Assembly (NCBI RefSeq): GCF_964204865.1
Contig: NC_135251.1
Location: 15,252,001-15,316,000, forward strand
DNA length: 64,000 nt
DNA from: Styela clava
Lineage: Eukaryota
Direction: 5' to 3'
Of this stretch, positions 52,201 to 63,315 are shown in pieces (positions within the stretch are counted from its first letter, which is position 1; each line of letters starts with the position of its first letter). The notes below the pieces were generated by a model. That model was not told the origin of the DNA and made no database searches. It saw only the letters and a list, made by a program, of their open reading frames with translations. The translations under genes were made by a program, and so were the position numbers.

Positions 52201-54241
52201 CAATATTGAGCTACAAATATTTCTTTTCGAGTTGTAAAATACGTAGAATAACAATACGTACGTTAATCCTCCCCAACCAAGTACTGTAGGAGACACAAGT
52301 AAAATCGACCATATCCATGCAGATATTGCCATGGTCAATCCAATTTTTCGGGTGAATAAACGTCTGTAAGAAGCTGAGCGCACGACTGCCCAATATCTGT
52401 ACATAACATGGACATGTGGCATTGTTTTAGAAGTTAAATGTTTGTAGTATTAGGTAGGTTCATAATTCATCCTATCAGAAATACTCTGTGCAGCAATTTG
52501 AATTGAATGACCTACTGAACTATCCGTTGAATATTGTACTGTTGATAGTTTTGGTAGGTGTATAATAAAGAGCGCATTTTTGACGTGCGAAAATTTATTG
52601 CACGTTGTATAACATAGATTTCAATTTTCGAGTTACGTAATATGTTACTACAGGCGATTATGTTATCGGTAATAAATGTAATAAAACAAACGAAAGCAAA
52701 TATATCTATGACCTGACTGAAAACGATTTTTGATTGGTAAATCGTAATAAAGTCTAGGCGTGTTCGTCATAATTTCATCTTTTACCAACTGAATATAATG
52801 GTTTGTTAATAGCTAGCTGCTAGAATGTTTTCCATCTGCACATTATGCAAGACAAACTCATAAAACTATTCCATGGCAGAGCCACTTTTTTTTGTTTGTT
52901 TCGAGATGCATGGACTTCATGATTGAGCAAGCTATAATCGACCAGCGTTTCAGGCCCGGAAAGCACACACCATCAAAAATGTGAAAGATTTATAATGGAG
53001 AAAATTTAGAAAAGACCATGCTATTCTGATTTATTTCCGTCTAGGTTATAAATTATTAAAGTATCCACATTCACATCTTACCTATTCACTGCAATGAGAC
53101 ATAAATTACACACAGAACAAGCGCACGTTGCCGTAACAATATATCCAACGATATCGCATAAGAAAGGACTGAGTGCATTAGATTTGATAATAATGTTCAC
53201 GGCTACTGATGGTAGAGTTATTGAACACACCTGCCAGAAATAATATTGATTAATTAAGACTACGAAAAATACGATGAAACAGAAAATAATGCTGTGTCTT
53301 TACACTTCTTCACAGCACACACTTGGAACAATTCTACCTATTTCCATTTTGGAGCACCAGTCGCAACCAAAAATAAACAATATTGACATTCTAGTGAATT
53401 TAAATAGATTCGCTTAATACGTTAAAATGTCGACTTCTAGTTTTAGTTTATAAATTTATTACTATTTTATTATTCATTCTCTATGTAAAATGCAAATATT
53501 CCGCTGCAGAATAATCAATTGGGCAATTGTATCATATGTTACAAAAATGAGTAAAATTGAAAAAGTTTCTTTTGATCAAATCTGATTTGATCAAATAAAA
53601 CTTATTGATACTCACCAAAAGATCCGCAACTGCCAAGTTTATAATGAAAATATTTCCGCTCGTGTGAATTTTTTTCTCTAGTACGATGGAGGATATCACA
53701 ATAATATTTCCAAACAATCCCAAAATAATTATCAGCAAAATATATGAGAACTCAAAGTACTGGAAAATAGTTTTGAAGGATTGTATAACTAGAATGGATA
53801 TAGACACAATAATAATATTTATAAAACAGCATTGGTTTTATTTATTTGGGCCATTGGCACACATTATTAAATATACTGCTGATTTTTTGTTTTGTTTAAT
53901 CAAATTTGTTCCTTTGATTAGTAGAGGGGGCTTGGACATATTTTTTTTTTAAATTTACTTTGTGAAGAACTTGTTTCGAAAAGGAAAAACATTTTTTTAT
54001 TGAATTACACACACACACATTTAATTCCAAGCAATGAGTTCTAAGAAATAGAAGCTGCATTCAAAAATGCAAATTTTTTTTCAAAAAATATAGTAAATCA
54101 GAAATAACTTGGACTGCATATTATAGTTTAATTTATACTTACTTGTAACACTCCGAACTCCGGCCAGTAATCCACAGTTGATATTGTGGCGTTGTAACTC
54201 TCTAATTCGTTTCTGCTGGTATTGTTTGTATAATTAACCAT
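46234..54241 (-). CDS. Rhodopsin-class GPCR, melatonin-receptor-like, copy D
   Basis: Exons 54241-54143, 53759-53616, 53230-53082, 52396-52262, 52051-51923, 51069-50859, 47429-47278, 46982-46916, 46359-46234, all GT-AG and in frame. NLAVAD, VNRY, CWSP, NFIIYG, N-glycosylation sequons at the N-terminus. Confidence 0.9.
48097..48197 (+). mobile_element. HINE-like element, internally deleted copy
   Basis: ACAAGAGAGC...ATATATAGACACG...(AAC)n...CGTGTCT, both ends of the 15881 element joined. Confidence 0.55.
51499..51814. mobile_element. hAT-like MITE remnants
   Basis: CAGG start, two ends ATCCCATGAC.AAG.CTG, repeated CCCAT/ATGGG motifs. No clean TSD. Confidence 0.4.
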
Positions 54242-56489
54242 GTCTTTATAAAATTGCATAAAAGTCCCGGAATCTGAACCTCCGACACGAATAAAAGCGA
54301 AATTTTATAGATGAGCAGAATTGTTTGTAAACATAATTATTATTGACATCTTATTTGTCAACTAACGCTCTTATTTGTTTAATATTTTATTACTGAAAGT
54401 AATGAAAACACAAATATTTATCATCATTAGCAGTATACGTATGATTTGTTTTTCAAAATTCATGACTTAGAATGGTCAACCTCAACCCTAAACACGGCCG
54501 AAAATATTTGGCGTGACTCGGGATTCCGTATAACGCACCCGAGTGTGCATAATGTAATTTGGTATGAACTAAGGCCTTCATATTGATTCCTTGACTATAT
54601 GCATTTTTAATTTCATGGTCTCTTGTTGAGAATATTTTATATTTGGATAACCAGAAAACTATGTGCACCGTGATTACCCATTCCTTTAGGATATTTATAT
54701 CTTTGGTTTGAAGCAACTCGTGTGGAAATGTTACTGAGCTGTCAATACAGATGAGGACAAATGATAATCTAACGTTCTCAAAAATATCCAAATGCTTCAT
54801 TTCCTTGCAACGATTCATCTGTTAACGTATAGTGACATAGCCTGGCTATTTTCCAAAATGGATACAATAAAAAGGTATCATGAGCAGCATCGCACATTAC
54901 ATTTTATCAATAATGTAGCGAACTTTGTTTTTAAACTTGTCGATGTTGTGTTCGGTTGTAAATTTCAATTACAATTAAGATTCTCTATAGTCTATAAAAA
55001 TAATACCATCACATGACACATTGTATTACGCAACGTCTGTTCTATCTTATACGGTTTGTATTTCATTTAGTATAGCTGATTTCACCGAATTACAACTACT
55101 TCTAATATCGACACGGAACTATACGCCGTTGTACAATATCAGTTTTATTGTAGTCGCGATCATCTTAGACATACCTGGAACTCTATGTCTGAAAAGTAAA
55201 TTTTTGGGCCGTATACTTTTTCTTCGCGCCTCGAACTGTTCTCTGGTGTCGCGTTTTTGTGAATATGACGTCACGTTTTCTTATTTTCTGTTTGTATTCA
55301 ATGTCCTCCCCTAAATTTTGCATCTTAACTAGGCAAGTTAGTCTCTTTGATTTAGATCTTTGCCAACTGCTCGGGATACACTTCAATCCAAACGTACGTA
55401 ACAATATTTGTACTGCAATAAAATAAAGGCCTTTTTCTAAAATGAGAGATGAAATTTTAAATGAAGTATAAATTGCTTAAAATCAGGTGATACTACGATG
55501 CCTTTAGGCGCAATCAATTTTTATGGTTACCAAGTGTCCGACAATGTTTATCAAGCTTGTTTATTTTGGGAAGGTATTATTGACAAATATATTTATTTGA
55601 GAAAGCTATACTTCACCCAAAGTTATTTTATCTTCGTTGACATTTTTCGCAAGCCTGATGTCTTTCGTTTTCGAGCCTTTTCTTGAGAAAAGAAAATTTG
55701 AGAAACCCAATGTACTTAGGGGTATGGTCGAATTTGGATACTGCGAGAAATACTTGGTGTCGTGGGTGATTGGGTAAAGCGCCGTGAAATATAGACACGT
55801 ATTTGTGGCAAACTAGGATCGGTTTATGTGGTTCTGATCTGTTATATTATCAGTTTAAATATGTTGCGATTCAATGGCTATTCTTGGGTCTGGTTCGGTT
55901 ATCTGGCCGTCAGCAACCATTCCCTTTTACAACCAACCATATTTCGGCGGCTAATTCATCATTTTTGCCATTTATGAAAAAGATTGTGAAGTATCAATCC
56001 AAAATTCAAGTTTATCCGAATTCAATATATATATTCGTAATTGTCAGAAATAAGTAAAACCATGCACGACTAAAAATGTGGCATGGAGGACCCTCTCTCA
56101 GTAACTTCGTCACATTAATTCCTTATTTCACGTTTTCTAATTGAATTATTTGTTCAATTTGTCTGTAACATCTGCACTTGCTGATGACGCATGTAGATTT
56201 CGCATTTAGTGAAACCAACTACACAATTTTATTAAAGCTGAGAGTTTAGTTCGTGACTGAAATCTATTAAATGGACAGCCATACAACATTGACTTTCAGA
56301 CGGCATTTTATAAAATTGAATCGTAAAAATTTGTATAACCAGATATTTTATTACATTGCGTAAGACATTATGCTCTATTATAAACAAAACTATTCTATTG
56401 AGAGCGATAATTCAGAGTGAGTACAGTACAGGTTGTGTCGGTTAAGAAAATAAAAGAATAATGGTCAAATATATTATGTAAACGAATAT

Positions 56490-56670
56490 CAAACCGTTCC
56501 CATCGATTGAAATAAAACAGCAAGACTTTGGGTAAAATATTGGGTCACACAGATAAATTTGAAATCATTTGCCCCATCAATTGTGAGAGGAGCAATTTTT
56601 TGACAAGAACAACGACAGCAGCAACAACAACAATTTTGCAAAACGGTCCATATGTACACCCCGTGACCAA
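56490..56670 (+). mobile_element. HINE-like element, partial copy
   Basis: Similarity to 16045-16292 including the (CAR)n tract and terminal CGTG.CCAA. Confidence 0.5.
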
Positions 56671-57862
56671 TTTTCACATGGGAATAAAAAGATGTTGACA
56701 AACATTCATTTGTGCTTCTGTTGGCATCGAGTATGTTTTATTTGCAGAGGCATATCTCGCATCGTGTACGACGAGACTAGTTTTAAGGTATTGATATTGA
56801 CAAACTATGAAATTACGTGTTTTCTATATAGCTTGACTTGGTCGAACGAATCTGATATCAACGTGAGGTCAATTTTGAGTCCGACTCTACTTATAACTGT
56901 ATCAATTTACTTTCAATCATTGCACAAGACATTGCTATTGACAAATTCAAATGAAAAGTGCTATTGAAAATAAATTTTAACATCATCTGAAAATTGTTGA
57001 CTTGAGTTCATTCATTCAGAGTTCAGACGATACTCTATGTCGCCCCCCTTGCTATCGAAATCGTTGACAGTTGGGTATGAACTCGTCTACTAGTGTAGCA
57101 CTGCTTACAGCCTGAGCAGTGAAGCAAAATGTCACTATAGTTACTAAAAATTTTCTTCCATTTTAGTTAATATAACAAATTCTGGCCCTTAATCGGTAGA
57201 AAAATTTTTATTCAAAAAAATATAAATACTGCACATTGAATACATTCAATTTACCTACAATAAGGCGTGATGATCACTTGAAATTGAAAACAAAACCTTA
57301 TTAAACAGAGACGGTGGATGATGAATAGTGTCACCGGGCAGACATCAAAGTATTTATGTATGTAAGTAATTGCGCATTGATATTCATTCAGACTAGCAAT
57401 TGGCCTGTGTGCTAGAAAGTATAAAGAGCGAAAGTACGAGGGTGATGCAAGACAGCAATAAGCAAATATGTAAACAGTGTGTGTCATAGGGAAGGCAGAT
57501 AAAATAATCACACCAATAATATATAAAATAAATAATTTTTATAAATATTTACCAAAGACTGGATATAGAACACCCATGTATATTAGAAAGGAAAGAGTCT
57601 CCATTTTAAAATCCTATATACTTCATTTCGTACAGTGTTGGTGGCATAGTAGTCTATATTCCAAACCTACGTTAAAGTTTGTATGGATGCAATTTTATAA
57701 TTGATTCAGATAAACTGAACCTCGAAACTTTGACTCCGCTCACACACTGTATCTTAAACAATTTTAGTCATGTTTAATTAGTTTAGTCAGTTTGATTATT
57801 TCGGGGCAGCCATTTTTTTCTACGGCGCATGCATTATGTATTGTATGAACGACCTTATAATC

Positions 57863-59590
57863 CTAAAAAATGACATCAGGAGAATGTGGCCGGGAAGTAT
57901 TTTGTAAGGGCATGTCATTGGCAGCTGTATCGTCGACGTAGGGTAAGTTGGCAGTGTCTAACAGCGAAACCGTAGTCAGGGGACAGCGATGTTTAATTTT
58001 GTCCCTAGTTGCAATAGTCAAACTTATGTTATCTGTTTTTGAGTCTGTTGTATTTTCTTTCGTATTTTTTCTTGGAGGTAAGCCAAATGACTTGCCAGAT
58101 CTTTTTCTAGGAGGTGTGATTTCTCTAGACTCAGGTTCAGGAATTATATTCATCTCAGTTGTTTTATTCTCTGTTTTATTATTTAAATTTTTAACAATTA
58201 TCCCATCACCGCCGCCACCAACATCTTCTAAAAAGACTTTACTGATTGGATTATTGTTTGCTTTCTTTCTTCCATCACCAATCGGTGATGATGAATCATT
58301 TCGTGACTTTTCAATTTCAGCTGCTTTTTCAGTTTTTTGAAAAAGTTTTTCCAGCTTCCCTTTTGCAAAATTCGTCCATTTTTTCTGTAATTCGTCAGCA
58401 GCCGCACGTTCTGAATACATAGTTTCCGCTTTCTTTATCAATAGAACGCGAAAATCTGAAACTTCGTTGACTAAATCGTCAATACGTTTTCTATATTTAT
58501 CTTCAACTTCTCCAACCTTTTCTTCAAACTTCTGTTCATAAACCGACAAGTTTGCTTTTGTTTCATTCAAATCATGTGTCAATAACTTAATCTCACGTTT
58601 TGCCGCGAGAAGTTGGTCTTTTACGTCTTTTAGGTCATATTCGAGCTGTTCTGCTTTGTCTGCTTTAGCTTTTAATTCTTCGATGCTGGATTTTCCATCG
58701 CTCATCTTACGCATAAAATCCTCCATTTCCTTACGTTGATCATCCACCATTTGTTGCATTAGTTCTTTATACTCCTTTCGAATCGAAATTCGTTCTTTAT
58801 TAAAACGTTCTTCCATTGCTCGTCTTGTATTGTCAACCGCATTATCCACAGCTCTTTGTTTATCCCATTCAAACTCTTTTTTCCTATCGTTCCATTTTCC
58901 CTCCATTTCCTCGGAAATTTTGGAGCGGTAATTCTTAAAAGATGCCTGGAGCATTTTATACTCTTTCTCTAATCTTTGGTATTGACCTTTCAAATCCTCT
59001 TCAAGCTCTTCCAGTTGTTGAGAGTGTTCAGTTTTGAGATCCTGAATTATTTCTGCTTGATTATTTAAAATTCTCTGTAGTTCCACCTGTTTGGACTTCT
59101 CCATTTCGAGCATAGTTTGCTCGATGTCCAATTTTGCACGCTTTTTTGTGCCAGCGTGATGAAGTTTCTCTTCTTCTAAATAAACTGAAAGATACCGAAC
59201 TTGTTCCTGAAGACTTTCGATTAAAACTTCCATCTCCTTCGCACTTATCTGAGGTTCGAGTGGTTTCGGGATCTTGGGATCGAAAAACTCGTCGGGATCT
59301 ATTCGAACCTGCAGCTGGCTTGCGGACCGTGTAACTTGGCAACCGGATCTCAAATTAAAAGTTTGCACGCTCTTATAATCTCTTGGGTGCTTTTTTAAAT
59401 TGTATACCGGGCTGAATTCGTTACTTCTGCGTAACCAGGTATGGTAAGCTGTCTCGTTAGACCTAAAAACCCTTGTTCGAGTTACGAAGCTCCCACTTCC
59501 CGGCCTTGATATGTTGTTTTTATTCAATACATCACTCTGTAAATGAACTCCACCACTGTTAAAGTCCGAATGAGCAGTTTTCGGTCGCAT
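57863..59590 (-). CDS. FLACC1: Flagellum-associated coiled-coil protein (FLACC1/ALS2CR12-like), intronless CDS, 575 aa
   Basis: Single long ORF, first ATG at 59590 (the track's 59602 is TTG). IESLQEQV, LEKEYKMLQASFKNYRSKISEEMEGKW and EVEDKYRKRI match my recollection of vertebrate FLACC1 (ISDLEEQI, MGKEYKYLKNMFRTYQDSIYDEMEEKW, ETEEKYKHTI). Not confirmed by search. Confidence 0.75.
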   Translation of the reverse strand: MRPKTAHSDFNSGGVHLQSDVLNKNNISRPGSGSFVTRTRVFRSNETAYHTWLRRSNEFSPVYNLKKHPRDYKSVQTFNLRSGCQVTRSASQLQVRIDPDEFFDPKIPKPLEPQISAKEMEVLIESLQEQVRYLSVYLEEEKLHHAGTKKRAKLDIEQTMLEMEKSKQVELQRILNNQAEIIQDLKTEHSQQLEELEEDLKGQYQRLEKEYKMLQASFKNYRSKISEEMEGKWNDRKKEFEWDKQRAVDNAVDNTRRAMEERFNKERISIRKEYKELMQQMVDDQRKEMEDFMRKMSDGKSSIEELKAKADKAEQLEYDLKDVKDQLLAAKREIKLLTHDLNETKANLSVYEQKFEEKVGEVEDKYRKRIDDLVNEVSDFRVLLIKKAETMYSERAAADELQKKWTNFAKGKLEKLFQKTEKAAEIEKSRNDSSSPIGDGRKKANNNPISKVFLEDVGGGGDGIIVKNLNNKTENKTTEMNIIPEPESREITPPRKRSGKSFGLPPRKNTKENTTDSKTDNISLTIATRDKIKHRCPLTTVSLLDTANLPYVDDTAANDMPLQNTSRPHSPDVIF

Positions 59591-60351
59591 TTTATCTCTC
59601 AATTATTATATTATTTATATACTAAACAATGATTATCACAGTAACTTTTCGCGACACAATAGAAAAAAGAATATTTGTAAAGCAAATATACTGTATTATC
59701 GAGAACTATTAACAATTACAAAGTTAACTATGGCACCTTTCACTAATAACACTCTTTTGATTCCTGATTCAACTTTAAGCATACCACGACAGTGCTGAGT
59801 ATAAATATATTCAATTGTTCTCATATCAGGGCGGTGACAAAGAGATCTTTTGTTTGCCAACGTATTCAAGCTCGTATCCCATGTCAAAAAATAACATTTA
59901 ATCACGACCGTGTACACATTTCCCGAAGGCAAACAATCGAAAAATCTCAACAACAGTGTTTTTTGGTTCAGAGTTGAATGTCTTTATCGTGAAATCTCTA
60001 ATCCCTAAGCCTATTCTATAATTGAGTCCTTCAGGATATGAAGTGCTACTCATTCTCGTTCGCCGCTGAGATCAGTCAATTAGGTTTACGGTACAAGCCA
60101 TTCACAGCAAAATGTTGGAACAATAGAATTAAATTTAAATCGTTTACAACATGTGATCTACATACACAGCACCGTAATATAACAAATGCGGGCGGAGAAA
60201 TCATGTAGCTACGTCGGAGACAAAAGATTAGTACCATATTAAGCCTAACAATACACAATTAACAAAGCGAACTTTCTTCAAGAAAATAATAATCTACTAT
60301 TCAACTCCAATATTCTGGGCAAAACCCGTCAGAGATTTGGTAGCATCATTA

Positions 60352-60397
60352 GTCGCCTGGTTACGAAGTCAAGTGTCGGGACGCATTGGTGACGTCA
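60352..60397. promoter_or_regulatory. X-box-like motif and full CRE in the divergent intergenic region
   Basis: GTCGCCTGGTTAC (60352-60364) and TGACGTCA (60390-60397) between two divergently oriented FLACC1-like genes. Confidence 0.45.
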
Positions 60398-61402
60398 TAT
60401 AGCACCTCTTTTCCCGAGCTTCATAATCTGATATTAATTTGTTTGTTTTTTGTAATCTCATGTTTGCCGTATCGCCGAGTTTGTAATGGAAACTAGAATG
60501 TTGCAAACAACCATGTCAAACTCAGTCGATTGCTGGTATGAATATTGCTTTATTCAACCCTGCGTTTCGCTTGATTGAATTGTCGCGACCATGTGGATTA
60601 CTGCTGGTCGAGTTTTGATGCGACGCTTGTAATGATTTGATTTCATACCTAGACCGCCAGACCAGCAAACTGCGTTTTTGGTGCATAGAACTTCATAGAT
60701 GATATTATAATGGAAAAAAACATTTTAGGTGAATTTGATTTGACGATTTTTTTTGTATCAGATACGGTATCACTGATACAACAGCATTACTTTATTATCA
60801 TGACAGCATGAATATCTGAATATGCTACGTCTGATCTGACCGTACAGACGTCTGTCAGTCCTACAGTCTGTTCGTGCAGAAACTAGAATGGTATAATTTA
60901 ATAATAGTAGTATAAGTTTTTTTCTGTATTTCGACGCCATAATCCAGTAATCAGCATAACACGCAGGCAATAAAATGATTGATAAACACAAATCAATAAA
61001 AACTGAATATGAAATTACTGAATTAGGAGAGCAAACAAAACCTTATTACTTCATTAGAATACTGGAATAGCTGAATAGCGTGAAATATGTACGTGTAGTC
61101 TTGAGTCAGTAAGTTGAAGGCAGAAAGGTGCATTTTGTGATTGTATACAATATACACAGCTCTGATATACTGGATATAGGCAATACATACAGACATACGG
61201 TATCATTCTTAATACAGTACGGTACAGCAGTAATACCATCATACATCTGTACATTCATGATCTAGGTATATATTCCGACATTGAGATAGGGACACACAAA
61301 GTTACCTGGTTAAAGTATTAAGTCAGTAAGTGCTGAAGTGATAGACTACATACGGTAGCTCAAGCCCTAAATTATGACATACTGCTGTACTTATATTAGA
61401 AG

Positions 61403-62748
61403 ATGGAGATTTTAATACAACAACTCAAAGAGCAAGTTGCCATGCTAACGGCTTATCTCAAAGAAGAACGTGATAAACATGTGCTTGCCAGAGAAAATTT
61501 AAATTTGGACCATCAAAATGAAATAAGAAAGTTGTCAGAGGAACATAATGTTGCTGTGTGTAATTTAGAAAGAAAACACGAAAACTATGTCTGTCTTTTA
61601 AAGTCACATCACAAATCAATTCTAAACATTTTAGAAAAAACTTTACAAGATCGGATTAAAAGGCTAAGAAACGAATGTGCACTTTTACAAGCTGCATTGC
61701 GAAATTACAAGGAGGTTGTTCGATCAGATATGGGTATTCACAACTTTCTGACATTTAGGAAACCTTGTTTCGGTATTCTAGTGTTAACATATTTTCACAG
61801 TCAATCCAGCAATCACTGTGGTTCAAAAAAACATGACAAGCTGATAATGTTATATAGTCTGTGAGCAGTCTTTGATAGGGTACTAGATGCTTTTACAAGA
61901 CTTGGTAGTAATGCATGCTAGATGAGAGTGAATTCATATTATCAAATTCTTTCAAATTATCAGCAGTGTTTTTAATCAGTAAATGCAGAAATGTGAATAA
62001 ACGAGTAGCAATTCCCATTTTCTTCGTGTTTAGGTAAGGTATGGAGCGAAAAGGAAGAATGTCTGAGGCTAGAAAATGATGAGAAGATATCTGAAACAGT
62101 ACGGAAAGCAAAAATGATTATGGAACGAGAGTTTGAGATAGAAAAAATAGAAATGAGAAAATCATTTGAAGCAGAAATGAACAAAAACATCACAGATGCA
62201 GTTAATAAAATTTTGTCATCCATGATAAATGGTCAGTTTATTTATATTGTTTATAATGTGTACCAGACAAGACAAAAGCAAAATGTATTATTCTTAGAAT
62301 TGCCACAACATACTTCAATTATATTTTACATACTTTAATATAGGTTTTCAATTCAGATACAAGAAGTGGAAGTGAGCTTGGGCTTATCGAGTCTTTTCAA
62401 GCTATGGAACTTGATAATCAATTAATAGATCAATTGGCAGATCAGGATAAGGAGTCCAGCAGCAATGCTCTTATTGAGAATGATAATATACATGAAAATG
62501 AAGTGACTAAAGAAGGAAGTTCGTTGAATGTTTTGTCTCAGATAATGGAACAATCTGATCAGGTTGAAATTCAGAAAGAAAATTACGATGGTGAGAAAAC
62601 GTTGGAAAATCAGATCTTGAAAGAAATAATTGAGGAAGAATTAGGTGTGATAGGTTCAGATACATTGCAAAGTTCTTCAGATACACCGAGAGACTCTGAA
62701 ATACACAATTTAATCTTGGAGAATTTGTCAGATGATGAGGTTCAGTAA
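61403..62748 (+). CDS. FLACC1-like paralog, spliced, truncated coiled coil with acidic tail
   Basis: Exons 61403-61733, 62034-62231, 62357-62748 joined by phase-1 GT-AG introns. MEILIQQLKEQVAMLTAYLKEE aligns with MEVLIESLQEQVRYLSVYLEEE of the - strand gene. Upstream exons are possible (60480-60730). Confidence 0.75.
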
Positions 62749-62897
62749 TACATCCATATCTGGCAGGGATATTGTGATTAAAAAAACTATATGAACATTA
62801 ATTTGTTATAGTGACTAAACAACTAATTTATTTCTATCTTATTCGATTATTTGTGTTGCGCAATAATTTTGTTACCCATCTCTAATATGTTATATTA

Positions 62898-63007
62898 GGT
62901 ACTCCTGAAGTATGCGCACCAAGATGTCGCATAACCTGAACCCTAACCTGGTACGCAATCTGAGTTCAGGTTGTGCACCATCTTGGTGCGCATACTTCAG
63001 GAGGTCC
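62898..63007. mobile_element. 110-bp hairpin MITE with 8-bp TSD
   Basis: Near-perfect inverted arms CTCCTGAAGTATGCGCACCAAGATG, TSD TTATATTA at 62890-62897 and 63008-63015. Confidence 0.9.
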
Positions 63008-63315
63008 TTATATTAAATGTATCGACGCCAGAAAATATATTTCTGTTGAAGTATTGTTTGGATTCACTACCTAATGATTATCTATATAAAAAATGAGTTT
63101 TAGTTTTTTCGTGATACAACCTGAAATTTATACTATTAGTGACTTCATCAAACCTCTTGTCTATAGTTAACCGGAGAAATTCTACAGTTTTAGAGACACA
63201 TTTTAATAAAAGTAATAAAAAAGCTCAAAACATTTTGTTAAATATGGTTTGAAGTCTCCCTCTGTACACCATATATATTTATTCAATATTTTGTAGATCA
63301 GGTTATAATAATAAA

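Noticed and set aside
54450-55420. Possible decayed LINE reverse transcriptase tail
   Set aside because: Only vague similarity, no diagnostic motif.
56489-56701. Poly-Cys ORF (CCCCCRCSC)
   Set aside because: Antisense translation of the (CAR)n tract in a HINE-like repeat.
57948-59342. ORFs 57948-58340 (+), 59061-59342 (-), 59134-59334 (+)
   Set aside because: Antisense or alternate-frame shadows of the FLACC1-like CDS.
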